NCBI GenBank assembly: GCA_010093995.1
Contig: ML992501.1
Coordinates: 1,155,047-1,219,046, forward strand
Origin: Elsinoe ampelina
Taxonomy: Eukaryota
Reading direction: 5' to 3'
DNA: 64,000 nucleotides
The notes below the pieces were generated by a model. It did no database searches. It was not told the DNA's origin and saw only the letters and a list, made by a program, of their open reading frames with translations. The translations under genes and the position numbers were made by a program. Position 1 is the stretch's first letter. Each line of letters opens with the position of its first letter. Positions 46,729 through 59,991 of this stretch are shown here, in pieces.

Positions 46729-48693
46729 ATGGAGGCGGCTAGCACAGATACCGGGTTGCGGCCTCTAATGGACAGCGACCCGGCTGTGACACCGACCAAA
46801 CGACATCTATCAGACACTTTCCCAGGTCTAGCACCGTCTCCCCAATTTCGCGAATCTGCAGCATCGGCCCCCAGAGACGATAATGTCATTCTCGATGATT
46901 CACCGCGTACGCCTCGCCGGACCTCTTTCCTTGCCCGAGGCCTCTCCCTTCAGATGCCACAGAAGAGCAATGGCACCGTGACACCTCAGCAGACGCCTGC
47001 GAAGACGCCGCTTTCACCTGCTCTCGATCCCACCATGTCCTACGGCTCCCCCGCTACCTCGCTCCCTCGTCACTCGCGCGGGCTGGACTTTTCCCGTGCC
47101 AGCACACACCTGCACCACTCGACTCTGGCAGAGTCTTCTCCTGATAGTAGTCCCATCATCACGCATAAGAGCTTGAACATACCGTCGCGGAAAGGGAGCA
47201 TCAACAGTATGGTCTTGGACAGTCCGAATCTCGGACCAACAGGTGCATGGCCCGCATTCTTGCAGACGGAGAAGTCGGCAGTGTCGAGCTCGGTGGGCAG
47301 CATTAACATGATGACCTCGCCAATTGGGTCATCTGCAAGCTCAGACGAGGAGCTTTCGGACGAGGTTCAGGATGAGGTCATGACCACACCACATGTCAAT
47401 CGCATGAATGGCATTCCCACTGGCACTCCCTACAATGCTTCGACCACCCCTGGCGGCGCCCTGCAGTCCCCGAGTAACAGTACCTGGTCGAGCAACTTCT
47501 CGCCTGCAGCAGCAAGTCTTATGAAAAACTTCCAACGCTCACGGTTCCGGCGAGGACGGAGTCGCAAGTCCTCAAGCTCTGCATCTGGAACCTCAGCTGT
47601 GCCTAGTCCACGTACCACGTCACCACCGGCTATCCGAAGCATAGAATCAGCCAATGGATACTTTGGCTGGGGCAAATTCTCATCGACAAGGAGGGAGTCC
47701 CTCGCTCTTGGAACGGAGACGCTGCATCTGAGTTCCTCCAACGACTCAGGGGACGAACGCAGTGACAACAAGAACTCTGATGCGAAAGAAAAGGAGAAGG
47801 AAGCGCCTACCACACCAGGAGTCGTGCGACGTGCAGTTACTCGGCGTGGCAATCTGCTTCCTAAGACCAAAGGCTTCGCGAGAATTCGAGCAGCGCTCAT
47901 GGAGGAGTCTGCACCGGTCGACGCCGAGTCAAGAAGGGAGGCAGAAACAATCAAGCAGGTCCGAGAGCGAGACGAGCGACCTAGCTTTTCTGGACCAAGA
48001 TCACCTGGTCTATTACCTACTGTGCCAGGACCGGAGAATGTGCTCGAAGATATCCCCGAGGGCGAGTTAGACAGTCAAGAGGGCAAAGGGCTTGGCAACT
48101 GCTTTGGGAGTCAGACACAGGCCAACGCTACTGGATACTGGCAGCGACTAGACAGGAGCTTTAGAACACCTCCTCCGCCCAGCTTCCCACGACAAGGCAG
48201 TAGCTTCATGGATGTGAGCATGGACAGCCCCACACCAGACATGGAAAGTAGTCTGGAGGGTATCAGCGCAAGCCAAGGAAAGGATTCTGCAATGGCTGGG
48301 TTCATGGAAGGGCCTAAGCAGCCTCTTCTTACGAAGACTGGCAAGCGAGCAAGAGATGAAGATGTGGACATTATGAGTATCAAGCGCAGGGCAGTGAGTC
48401 CGAGCCTGAGCGTCAACAACAGCCCAGTGGTCAGTCAAAGCCCAAGGGACAGAGAGCCAAGGATAAGAAGAGAAGAAAGCGATTGGGGAGGTCCACCAGG
48501 AAAAGTCACCAGGGAGAACAGCACTGGTGAAAAGGATGCAGTGTTGGTGCCACACCGAAGCAATAGTGGTGGTAGTGTCAGCAGCATGGCCAGTGGTGTC
48601 GCAGCTGTGGCCGGGCCAGGAGCTCCCAAGAGGGTCGGATTGCAGAGTATGACTGACACCAATGACGGGCTCATGAAAATGAGCATTGAGTAG
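46729..48693 (+). CDS. Ser/Pro-rich largely disordered protein of unknown function (654 aa)
   Basis: Long intronless ORF with many SP/TP sites and islands such as LPRHSRGLDFSRA, RRGNLLPKTKGFARIRAAL and KRRAVSP (NLS-like). Confidence 0.88.
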   Translation: MEAASTDTGLRPLMDSDPAVTPTKRHLSDTFPGLAPSPQFRESAASAPRDDNVILDDSPRTPRRTSFLARGLSLQMPQKSNGTVTPQQTPAKTPLSPALDPTMSYGSPATSLPRHSRGLDFSRASTHLHHSTLAESSPDSSPIITHKSLNIPSRKGSINSMVLDSPNLGPTGAWPAFLQTEKSAVSSSVGSINMMTSPIGSSASSDEELSDEVQDEVMTTPHVNRMNGIPTGTPYNASTTPGGALQSPSNSTWSSNFSPAAASLMKNFQRSRFRRGRSRKSSSSASGTSAVPSPRTTSPPAIRSIESANGYFGWGKFSSTRRESLALGTETLHLSSSNDSGDERSDNKNSDAKEKEKEAPTTPGVVRRAVTRRGNLLPKTKGFARIRAALMEESAPVDAESRREAETIKQVRERDERPSFSGPRSPGLLPTVPGPENVLEDIPEGELDSQEGKGLGNCFGSQTQANATGYWQRLDRSFRTPPPPSFPRQGSSFMDVSMDSPTPDMESSLEGISASQGKDSAMAGFMEGPKQPLLTKTGKRARDEDVDIMSIKRRAVSPSLSVNNSPVVSQSPRDREPRIRREESDWGGPPGKVTRENSTGEKDAVLVPHRSNSGGSVSSMASGVAAVAGPGAPKRVGLQSMTDTNDGLMKMSIE

Positions 48694-49158
48694 CCGCTGA
48701 ACCTTTGACCGTCCGACAGTTGTGCAAGAGCTCGGTCGACCTTCACTGTATCTCTAGCATGCATTCTTTACGAATTTACGAATTAGCATTCTGCTCATCA
48801 GGAGAGATTCGTGAATTCGAAGCTTGTATACAGATCGACCGTGGTCACGAGCTTATCTTGCGGCTCGTGCTTTGGGATCTACCCCACCTTGGTGTGCTGC
48901 ATTGTGATTGGCGCCCTCCATCGCGGGTCGGTCGGCTGTATCGAAACGGCAGGTGCGGTGGCCATCAAGGTACCCGGTACCCTCTACGCCTCATGACCAG
49001 GGCTGCTATCTGACTCCCCAACATCGCGACGTTGCTTCTACGGGTTATCCTTCACCATGTTTTCGTGCAATTAGAAGCTTGCATCTTTCATATTTCTCTT
49101 CGCAACAGCTCAATCTTTACAGCATAATCCACGACCCATCAGCAGCAATACCGAAATC

Positions 49159-50832
49159 ATGGGCAACACACCTTCCGTCCCCGCCCCTCGGCCAGCGGTA
49201 GCTCAGCATCGCCGAGCTGCCGCTCCTCGTAGGAAGGAAGAGCCAGTGGTAGACAGCTTTGACGAGAAGCGGGCTGCAGCCATGTCCTTTGCCGGCGACG
49301 GCGAGGCAAAGGTAGCTGACGGAGCTTATGTCAGCGCGAACAAGACCTCACAGCTTGTCGAGGAATTGCTCCAGGACCCAAAGGTATGCGTGGTATGCTC
49401 ATGCTAGACGTCGCTTGCTAACCATGTGCAGAACCGCCTGGCTCTTTCGGCCCTCTCCACGAATAACCCCTCCTCCATCCTAGAGATCCCCTCCACAATC
49501 CTGAAAGACACCCAGCACTTCAATGTAGCGATCCCACTCGAGGGTACCCCGGTCACAAACCAGAGATCGTCCGGACGATGCTGGATCTTTGCTGCGACCA
49601 ACGTCTTTCGTATCGCCCTGATGAAGACCTACAACCTACCTGCCTTTGAGCTCTCTCAATCATACCTCTTCTTCTGGGACAAGGTGGAAAAAGCCAACTA
49701 CTTTCTCGAAAGCATTCTAGCAACGGCAGATGAAGAGGTGGACTCTAGAATCATCTCTGCGCTCATGGCGTCACCTGTCGGCGATGGTGGACAGTGGGAC
49801 ATGATCGCCAACTTGGTCAGCAAGTACGGTCTTGTCCCTCAAGTACTCTACCCCGACTCGTACAACGCCATGAACTCTCGCACTATGGACAGCCTGATCA
49901 CCACCAAGCTCAGGGAGGACGCCCTCAAGCTCCGTCAGCTTGTCAACAACGGCACAGACAATGCAACGCTCCAGAAGACCAAGGACAGCTTCATGCAGGA
50001 TATTGTCCGCATCCTGACTCTTACCCTCGGCCCGCCACCTCCAGCAGACAAGAAGTTCACTTGGGAGTTCTACGACACGTCGCACAAGCTCCATACTGTC
50101 TCCAAAACACCTCTCGAGTTCGCCTCGTCTCTTTCCGACTCGCGCGCCGTTCGCGCCCTCAACGGCACTGATGTGCACTCCCTCTTCTCCCTCGTCAACG
50201 ATCCCAGAAACGATTATGGCACGTTGCTCACTGTCAACAAGCTTGGTAACGTATGGGGCGGTCGACCAATAACATACGTCAACGTGGACTCTGCAACGCT
50301 GAAGGAGGCCGCTGTAGCCATGATCAAGAAGGGCCTACCAGTATTCTTCGGCAGCGACGTGGGTAAGTTCAGCGACTCGAGCAAGGGCATCATGGACGTC
50401 AAGCTCGTGGATTACGAGCTCGGCTTCAATGTCAGACTAGGCATGACCAAGGCACAAAGGCTGCAGACAGGAGAGAGCGCCATGACACGTAAGTAATATC
50501 AATTGTCCAAACGCAGGTATCAGGGCTGACGAGATAGATGCCATGGTTTTGACTGCAGTCCACCTCGATGAGGATGGCAACAGCGTCCGCTGGAGGGTTG
50601 AGAACTCATGGTCCAACACTGCCGGTGACAAGGGCTACTTTGTCGCCAGCGACGCGTGGATGGACGAGTTCTGCTACCAAGCTGTGGTCGACCCCAGTGT
50701 GGTGAGCAAGGAGGTTGCAGATATCCTCAAGCAGAAGCCAAAGGTGCTTCCGCTGTGGGACCCCATGGGGTGAGTCGCTCTTACATTACAATGCAGAAGA
50801 TGTGCTGACGATGCTGCAGAGCTCTGGCTTAG
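49159..50832 (+). CDS. LAP3: Bleomycin hydrolase / cysteine aminopeptidase (peptidase C1B)
   Basis: Introns 49384-49431, 50489-50537 and 50770-50819. Catalytic NQRSSGRCWIFA, MTHAMVLT and WRVENSW; C-terminal WDPMGALA. Confidence 0.95.
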
Positions 50833-53223
50833 TCGGACGGCTGCATGTAGGAGGATGAGCTGGACGGGTAGTCCATACTCTGATCAGGCGTTTTGTGTGC
50901 AAGGAGTGACAAGAGATGGACATCTCCGGGCAGTGCATGATTTGACGGTTCGGTAGAATAGCATAGGTGATCACATCGATATCCATCCCCTCGAGAACCG
51001 CATTTCCCACAATCCCATCCTGGGCTCGACATCCAATCCCGTCCCGGCGCCCACCCACGAGGCGGCCCTCCCCCAGACTTTCCCCAGATGGCGTGATCAC
51101 CTTGGCTTGCCTTCGTCCACCCACACACCAATGAATACCGACATGACGCCGAGGGACACCATAAAATGCTTGACGAGCTTGACTTGACGCAGGGTACTCT
51201 AATTGACTTTTTTTTCCAGCCCAGGCACTATAAATAAGGACCGAGTCTGTTGCACGTCACATGTAGAGCCGCGTCGATGGTGTGCTCGTTTCACCTCTCT
51301 TTCGTCACAGACAGGGCAGAAGGGCAGGAAGACATGGGAGACTAAGCTGTGATGGGACAAGTGGTCTTTGACACGTATGATTGTCGTCCCCAAACGAGGA
51401 AAAGCGAGGGGCGGAATGTGCTGTGGGCTGCTGGTGAAACGGGGGGAGGGCAAGGGTCTGGTGTTTCAGGATGGGGGATTGGAGGAAATTTTTGGATTTT
51501 GGGACGGGGAGGGACTTTGCTTCGTAGAGAGAGGGAGGAGGTGAGGCGGCAGACAAGGATTGAGCAGATGGTTAACATGATGGGTGAAGTGCAGGCGGTG
51601 TTGATGCCAATGTTGATATTGTCCCGCGGTTGTATACCTCTATGCAAGTCACAGGGAGGCAGTTGGGTCAGTAGTCGATGGAGTTGGTTCCGCCCCGTGC
51701 GGTCGGTCACAAACGGGAGTGGACACCGCCAAGACGAGGGAGATTGGGCTAGAGATTAAAGACGTTTTCCACCAAGGCCTTCGAGAAGCTGGCGGTGACG
51801 TGTGCTTTTCGGACTGTTTACCGGATGGGAAAGAGGGGACGTTTCAGGGAGAATTGGGCTTATCTATCTGCTTTGATGTCTGTGTCCAACGCGGTGTTCG
51901 CGCGTGGGAATGATTGATACCAGCGGCAAGGGATGGCGGTGGGCGGGTGAATGTTTGATAGCTTAGTCTGGACAAGTGGTGTGGCTGTTTGCTGGGTCTG
52001 CAGAAGACGGATTTGTGTGGCAAGCGACGTCGGGATGTGGTCGTTGGAAGGATTTGAGCATTTCTTGTCTTTGACTGTGGCTTGACGGTTTCCCCTGGTT
52101 TGGTCTGCCTTTGGCTGGCAGGCGCAGTAGCTTGTTCCGGAATTGATCGCCCGGATGATTTTGATCAAGCTCGGAACAGACGGATTTCAGAATGATGGGG
52201 TGCAGAGAGGCTAGAATTCGTGGATGGACAGGATTGCTGCTTCAGAATTGTGGATCTGTGCAGGGCGAAAGTGGTCAGCGTGTTCAATCGAGGTAACAGG
52301 AATTGCTGCTGAAGTGCTTGTGGTGACTGCACCGCGAAATGGTACGACGATGGGCATGCCGTGTCACGACTCCAGCGTATCACTCTTCCTTGACCGTCAC
52401 CTTCCACCCGTACGACTGGGATTCTGGGGAAAGAATGACGACCAGAGGCCTCGTCACCTCTCCTGTATCCGCGCATGCTTGTGAGAGTCCACTCTAGCCC
52501 TGCTGTTGCGTGTGGAGCCTCGCCGACCGAAACGCATGCCGTGTCCCAAAGACGGCTCGACTCAGCGGCAGAGACATGATCGCTGGGCAGGAGGAGACGC
52601 CTGAGGAGCTGACTTGCTTGTTGCATGCTGATCAATATTCTTCCGTCAGCTCAATCGAGAATCAAGAACAAGACCCACGATAGACAATCTCGGACTATCG
52701 TCCAACGACTGAACCGGTCATAAACTAGACGTAGCTAAAGGGGATCGCTGTGTGAGAGAAGCTGGGCGAGTAAATTTCTCGTCAAACGGGCTCCATTGGA
52801 GGCGAGTCGCAAACTAGCAGGGGCGGGTCCGTGGGTCTTGCCGCGCAAAGTCGCCGCGAGCGCTGTCCAAAGTTGCAATCAACCTAATCTCAGCGCTTCA
52901 ACCGTCCGTTTCTCCTCCATCCCTCTCTCTCTTGGTGCGAGGACTAGATATTCTACCGATCGTCGCTCTCTTCCACACACTCTTTCAGCCAGAGCCTGTT
53001 TCTTCTTTCGACTTGAGGTCTTTTGCATCTTCGACCGTTCCGACCTCGTGCTTCACCACCAGAACCTGCTTCAATTCTATCCACAACCACCACCAGTTTC
53101 GTCACTCTTTAATACCAGTCCAACTACCACTGGTCTACCACCTACTTATAATTAATCACTTATCCGCGCAACGACACGCCCTTGTCGCTTAATAACCAAC
53201 CACTTTCACACACATCCACAACA

Positions 53224-54153
53224 ATGGCTTACGCAAACATCCCATACACCCCCAAGCCCATCACCGACATCTTCACTGCCGACACCGACATCGACCGCCG
53301 GCAATGCAAGCGTACCGTCCCAATGAGGGTCCTGGCCCTTGGTCTCGGCCGTACAGGTACTGCATCTCTCCGCACAGCTCTTAAGGAACTCGGCTTCGAC
53401 GACTGCTACCACATGATGTCCGCTTCCGTTGAGAACCCTCCCGACTGCCTCATGTGGCAAGACGCCTTTGCCGCAAAGTACGACGGTGTTGGAAAGTTCG
53501 GCCGTGAGGAGTGGGACAAGTTGCTCGGACACTGCCAGGCCGTCTGCGATTGGCCAGCTGTGGCATTCGCAAAGGAGCTCATTGAGGCATACCCGGACGC
53601 AAAGGTGCTCATGACCACAAGGGATGTAGACTCGTGGCACGCCTCTACTATGAAGACTGTTGATTGGCGGGCAAATGATCCAGAGCTCAAGGCTGTGGCC
53701 AGATTTGACTGGGGAGCAGGTCTCTACCAGCCAATGCTCAAGAGTGGGTTCACAAGAACATTGCAGCTTTGGACAACGTACTAATCATGCACAGAGTTCT
53801 GGGACGTCTTTTTCGGAGGCGACTTTGAGAAGAACGGAAAGGACAAGTACAGGTCATATTACGCCGAGGTTCAGTCTATTGTGCCCCCAGAGAACCTTCT
53901 CATGTACAAGATGGGCGATGGCTGGAAGCCACTATGCGATTTCCTCGAAGTGCCAGTTCCAGAAGGCAAGAAGTTCCCTCGCACCAACGACACAGATGGA
54001 TTCGTCGACCGCTGCAAGGCCCGCAACCGAGCCCAGATGATGAACGTCGCATTCCGCTGCTTGGTCGTCGGCGGCAGTCTTGCCGCAACTGTCTTCAGCG
54101 CAACCATGACCGTCAGGCGATTTGTCGGTGGTCGTGGCATGCTTGCGGCCTAG
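53224..54153 (+). CDS. P-loop sulfotransferase-like protein (Sulfotransfer_4 / Cpz8-like), C-terminal hydrophobic anchor
   Basis: VLALGLGRTGTASL...CYHM, AVCDWP, YPDAKV.MTTRD.DSW..S, VPPENLL, GWKPLCDFL, FPRTND; intron 53744-53794. Confidence 0.88.
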
Positions 54154-56059
54154 ATGGCCGACTGAACAGTCTGCGACGACTTGCCTAACGACTTCTTCTG
54201 GGTTCACGGCGTTTAATGATCAAAAGCATGGCACGGTGGTAATGTGTCTGTGAGGGGCGAGGCGTTTGGATATACTTCTCCTCTGCTGGATTATTGGCGC
54301 CAGAAGCGCTTGCACATTTTTGTTGTATCCAACAGCAGCTTCTATTAAAAGGCCATATGGCATTAGTTGTCAAGACCATATTTCATTCATGACATCTCTA
54401 TACTAGATGAATATACACATTCTCAAGTCAAACAGTGATTGTCTGCCTCACGTGATGATCTTTCACAAGACCTTCCCGAAGGCTTGGAATGCACGGAGAA
54501 AAAAGCTACACAGGTAACTTGCACCTTGCACCTAACAGCAGCCACAAGGGCGCTATGTTGCGGAAGGGGCTTGTCCCATCCAAATTCTGCCCCTCAACCG
54601 TTGAAGCAAATGTCCACTCGCCTGCAAATTTACACAACGGCTGCACCAAACAAGCTTCCGAGCTTGATATGCTTTTATTGATAAGAGATAATCGAAGCAG
54701 CATCAGCGATCGCACCAACGTCAACAATCTTTTGCCTACGACCTCAAACGGACATCCGTAGTCACGACCATACGTATTTTCACACGTATACCCATGCTCA
54801 TTCCAGCGGCTCGCAGTGGATGCTTCTGTGTTACGCTGCGGAAGGACGTACGCGCGGCCTCACGGGGCAAGCATGTTGGGCAAGATATTGTTCGTCCCGC
54901 ACGGAGACCGGAAGGTCAAGTATTCGTCGTTCCTCTCGAACAAAGGGTGCCGTGCCGTGTTTTGTAGCAGGGCTATGTGCTCGCCAAGCAAACAGCTGGA
55001 GAATCAGCTAGACTGCGGTATGACGGTTGCAAGAATAGTACAGGGGTAAAGAGTACTTGAGTACTTGATCGTTCTACAAGCATGACATGATCCTTTCATG
55101 GCTAGGAGATGCCGTCCACAGATTCGCTATATCAATTTCTCTCCTCTGACCGGCGACGCACGTACGCACTGCATCAGTATCAGATTGCTCTGAAACAGCG
55201 TCACGGCCGGGTTCTCAATCTGCGGGAATGGGTCCAACCCAAATTTCCACGCGAGAGACGCGAATCCTCCGTGCTCCAGATAGTGTGTGCATACCTTCTC
55301 CACTGGGAAAATGCTGATCGTAACTTTATGGGTGCACAGATTTCCTGCGTGCAGCCTTGTGGTCGGGGAAATGCATGTTAAGTTAGGCGAAAAGGCAGAG
55401 AGCTGAGGTCGGAGGTCCCGTTTTCTTGGGATGGGGATGCCAACGGTGCTTGTGAACTTGACAGCCCCGGGGCCAAGCAGGATAGATGAAAATTTACAGT
55501 GACCAGACGAAGCAGTAGCAGACGTATCTAGCGGCTTACACGGATATGGCGGACCATTGTGCCGCCCTTGTGGATTTTGGGGACATGACAGAGAAATGCC
55601 AGAGTCAACCAATCGTCGAAAACATTCGCACGCAGAGACAGGGCAAGTTGGCCCGCATCGCTTGGCGCATTTTTTCCCCTGATCTTGAAAGGGCCCGCGA
55701 CTGACCAAGGCACGCACACTTCGACCACCAGCCATCTGTTCACATTTCACAATATACCCGTGCAAAAGGGCTGGTACTTGCACGATCATCCTTATCCCCC
55801 GGCTGCTGAACCCAATGTTCTCATCCGTTCGCTACTCATGTTGCATCATTTGACTTTGCATTAGCTTGCGTGTACTGGACACGCGAACGACCTCTCCGTC
55901 ACTCGCATCTCAGGCCGTCGTCAGCGACTCTCTTGCAGCGAATGCGGACTCTTCGACCTTGAATATCCCCCCACGAACTTCTCCCTTGGCCGATCCTCTG
56001 CATCCCCTGGAGCGGGCAGAGATACCAAGGGAGACGATAATTCACCATTGCTCCCCGGC

Positions 56060-58212
56060 ATGACGCGATCACGCACGAGATGGACTAGGCGAGGACTCTG
56101 CTGCTGGTCATCACTGTCACATTTACATGTCTGCTTAATACTATTACTCTTTTGCATGCTCAATGGCGCCGCTTCAGCATGGGACCTCAACAACCAGACC
56201 AGTCCGACACACATCTTTAGATCGGTAAGCTAGATGGGCGGACACGGCGGACACATGCTGAATCTATCCTACAGAGACCAGACCTCCATGCGCCCATTAT
56301 CGATATGCGGATACTACGACCGGAGCTTGTGACACCCGGTTACATCTTCATCGCGCCCTACCGGAATAGAGATGCTGGACCATACATCTATGACAACTAC
56401 GGGGTGAGATTGAACAAGAGTGTGGATAGGGAGCAAAACTGATTGGCATAGGATCTCGTCTGGTCAGGCGCTGGAGAGAGTGGTCCCAAAGTCGCCCACG
56501 CGCCTCACACGTGTCAGTACAAGGGGAAGCCACACCTCTGCTTCTTCCAGGGACAGCAGCATCAGGGGTTCGCCCGCGGCCATGGCACAATCATGGATCA
56601 GAATTACCAGGTGGTAAAGACCATCCAGAGCGCGGGCGCGGGCGCCTCGGCCGACATGCACGAGTTCCGAATGACTCCCTTCTCGAATGGCACTTCAGTC
56701 CTCATGACCGTCTATCAGCCGCGAATGTTCGACTTGACCATCAATCCGAGATTTAGGATCACCGGAGGTATGGGCTGGATCGTCGAGGGAGTGTTTCAAG
56801 AGGTGGAGATCGGGACGGGCAAGGTGCTATTCGAATGGCGGAGTACGGACCATATTGATCCTGGAATATCATACACCTATCCCGGGACCACGGATACTTC
56901 AGGAGATGGATTGACGGAGGATACACCCTGGGACTATTTCCACATCAACTCGATCGACAAGAACCTGGATGGAGACTATCTACTTTCCGCGCGGCATACA
57001 GCAGGGTTGTACAAGATATCAGGTGTAGATGGACATTTAATGTGGCAGCTAGGCGGCGCGAACCCTACCTTCAATCAGACCAACTTCAACTTCTCCTCCC
57101 AGCACCACGCCCGCTGGCTTTCCGAGAACGGCACCCACACTATCCTCTCCTTCTTCGACAACGCCAGCAATTCCTTCAACCTCACCAACAAGCTCTCTCA
57201 CGGGTACGTCATCAGTATCAACCACATCCTCGGCACCGCCACGGCCATCAGATCCTGGTCCGCCCCCGAAGGCGGCCTCTCCTCCGGCTCCCAAGGCAAC
57301 ATCCAAATCCTCCCCGGCGGCAACGTCCATCTCGGCTGGGGCGAACACGCCCACTTCTCCGAACACACCTGGGAAGGCGACCCAGTCCAATACGGCGTCC
57401 TCGCCCAACGCGAAAGCAACGTCATGGTCTACCGCAGCTACAAATTCAACTGGACCGGCACGCCCCTCACCAAACCCGCCCTCTGGACCTACGCCCGCTC
57501 CGAAACCGCAGAGAAAGGCATGATCTCGTACGTCTCCTGGAACGGCGCCACCGAAGTCCGGGGGTGGAACTTTTACGTCTCAAACTCCTCCTCTGGACCG
57601 TTCGTGCACCTCGGCTCGACGGCCAAGCTCGGCTTCGAGACCTCGTTCCGCTCTGACATTGTCTACGGGTGGTCATTCGCCGAAGCCCTGGACGCGACGG
57701 GCCGGGCGCTGGAACGGAGTGAGATCAGCAAGACGTTCATCCCTAGCCCGTCCCTGGCGGCGTTCTGCGACGACGTCACGTGTCGGCGCGCGGAGAGGGT
57801 CGAGGACGATGACTTTGACGCGGCGAGGGCGAATGAGACTGTCGTGGATTGGGAGGACGAGAGTCCGCAACGGGGGTGGGATACGAGACGGTACTACGCG
57901 GATTTCGATCGTGGAACGAGGAGGGAGAGGGAGGTGCATATCGGGAGTTTGTTGCTTGGGATGGGGATCAGTGTGGGCGTGATGATTGTGGTGTTGGGGG
58001 TGCTGAAGTTCATGGAGAAGGGGGAGGGAGGTGGGAAGGGGGTGTGGGAGGAGAGGACGGCGAGGGGGATGAGGCAGGTGACGCGGTGGGTGAGGGTGGG
58101 GAGGGAGAGGGTGTTGGGGTTGGGAGAGGGGTATGCGAGGTTGTTGACCAAGGATGAGGGGGATGGTCAAGAGAGCTTGCCGAGGGATGAGAGGAGGGAT
58201 TCGAGAGGGTAG
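56060..58212 (+). CDS. Arylsulfotransferase (ASST, Arylsulfotran_2-type), signal peptide and C-terminal TM
   Basis: Introns 56225-56274 and 56404-56451. Motifs FRSRPDL..P, GPYIYD..G.LVWSG, DMHEF, WDYFHINSIDK, LSARH, QHHARW, FDN, SQGN.Q.LP.GN, YRSYK, VSWNGATEV. Confidence 0.92.
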
Positions 58213-59991
58213 AAGGACGGGGCTAATTTTCGTGCACATATACTTGAGATACCTATTTTGCATGTGGGCCGTGGACTTTGCATGGGAGGGTAGTGTAAGC
58301 TGAAGGACTCTTTTGCATTTTTGGATGGGGATATCAACTGTACCATCCTAGAGGGAGCAAAAGTATTGCTGTCTGGCTATTAGATACCTGGTATAGTGGC
58401 TGGCAGGAGAGGACTAGTAAGCTGTAATGCTGAAGAATGAATGATGAACACGACTTGTTCACAGCAGTGACAGTGACACACTTGCAGCACCCGACCGCCG
58501 CACGCAGATAAGAACATGCACCCACTTCCTACAAAGTCAAACCAGCAAACAAACCTGTTCTGTCCATCGTCAACCAGATATCGCCCACCCACCCATCAGA
58601 AAAATCCACACCCAGCGCCACATCCAATTTATCCCCACCCCGATCCCGCCGCTTGTGCCACAAGTCATGTCAGTCATGTGGCTCGTGCGATCACTCTACA
58701 GTGCTCCAGACACGTGCCGACAGTCCCGGGACGGGCCCACTTTCTCGAGGCAGGCGTGCAGGACTTCGTCACAGAGTGGGCGGGGAGGGAGGGAGACGTG
58801 GATCTTGCTCGGTGACGAGGTTAGACAAGGGTGTGATGGGTGCAGTGGGTGTGATGGGTCGGGCAAGTTCAGCTCTGCTTTTGCCCTTGCGAGGTATTGT
58901 GCTCGCTGAGACTTGGGATTCTTTATCAGCCGCCACCAAGATCTAGCAGCCTGTTGAACCGGAGTGGGATCCGCCAAGCGATTGTTGTTGATGGGTCGCG
59001 TGCAGGACCCCAACTGTGCAGGATTTCCGCAGTGAAATTTGCTGGCGGGTTGATTGACGTCGGCGTCGCGTGGGAGTGTGCCTGCTTGCTTGCCTGGCGC
59101 CGACTCAGGCTGATCTTCGGCCGGGCGTTTGGGGATGGGACTCCCGAGGATACAGTACATCGGTTGGTGCGACGTTCAGTCCACTCGGAACGGGGACGCG
59201 TGGCGCCGGGTGTCGTGGAACATGGGAACATTTCTCTGCCGGGTTAGCCAAGAGGTGGAGGAAAGAGGACGTTGTTGGGTAAGCGGTTGATGGTTTGCAG
59301 AGGAGAAGAAGGGGAGTCTCGCTTGTTGTTTGGTTTGCCGTTTGGTGTTCTGCTTGGCTGCTTGACGAAAGCAAAAACGGGAGCTTGAACGGCTCACAAT
59401 CAAAGTCGAGCCATGGCGGCTTGGCATATGCAGGTGTTCAAAAGGCGGCACGCGATGGGTGGAGCTCGCCGCGGCTTGTGAAAGGCTTGCTCGGGGGGAC
59501 GAGAAAAAAGTCTCCTGAATGTCGACGTGTCGATTTCGATCTTGCATTTGCCTCTTTGTCTGGCATTTGCGCTTGCACCTTCCATTCTTGGCGCGGTGCC
59601 TTTGGATATTCACGACTCGCCATCTGTTCAAATCAGGTACAAGCTCTTCTGCTCTCTGTCCCGCGCGGAACCCGGGAAACCTTGCGATATCTCTGGTATT
59701 GTGGTACCAAGGACAACCATCAAGTCAGATCTTGCATCTGGCGTCCGCTCTCTTGGTCGCTCTTCCCCGCGGTATCTCGCTAGCTGAACACACTAACCCA
59801 CGACCCATCGTGCCGGCTGCATCCATTGGTTGTCTATTCCCAGTCCTTGTACCCACCCCATTCGTCCTCGTTTGCACCAAAGGTGACGACACCTGGCAAC
59901 CTCTTTCGGATCTCGCAGCACCCAACCCTAGCCTGAGGGCGCCTTCCATTGGTTGACGAGCCCGCGGTTTCCTGAACCACTTCGGCCCGTC

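Noticed and set aside
54200..56050. ORFs between the sulfotransferase and ASST genes (e.g. 55127-55789)
   Set aside because: No recognisable motifs or coding-like composition; treated as intergenic.
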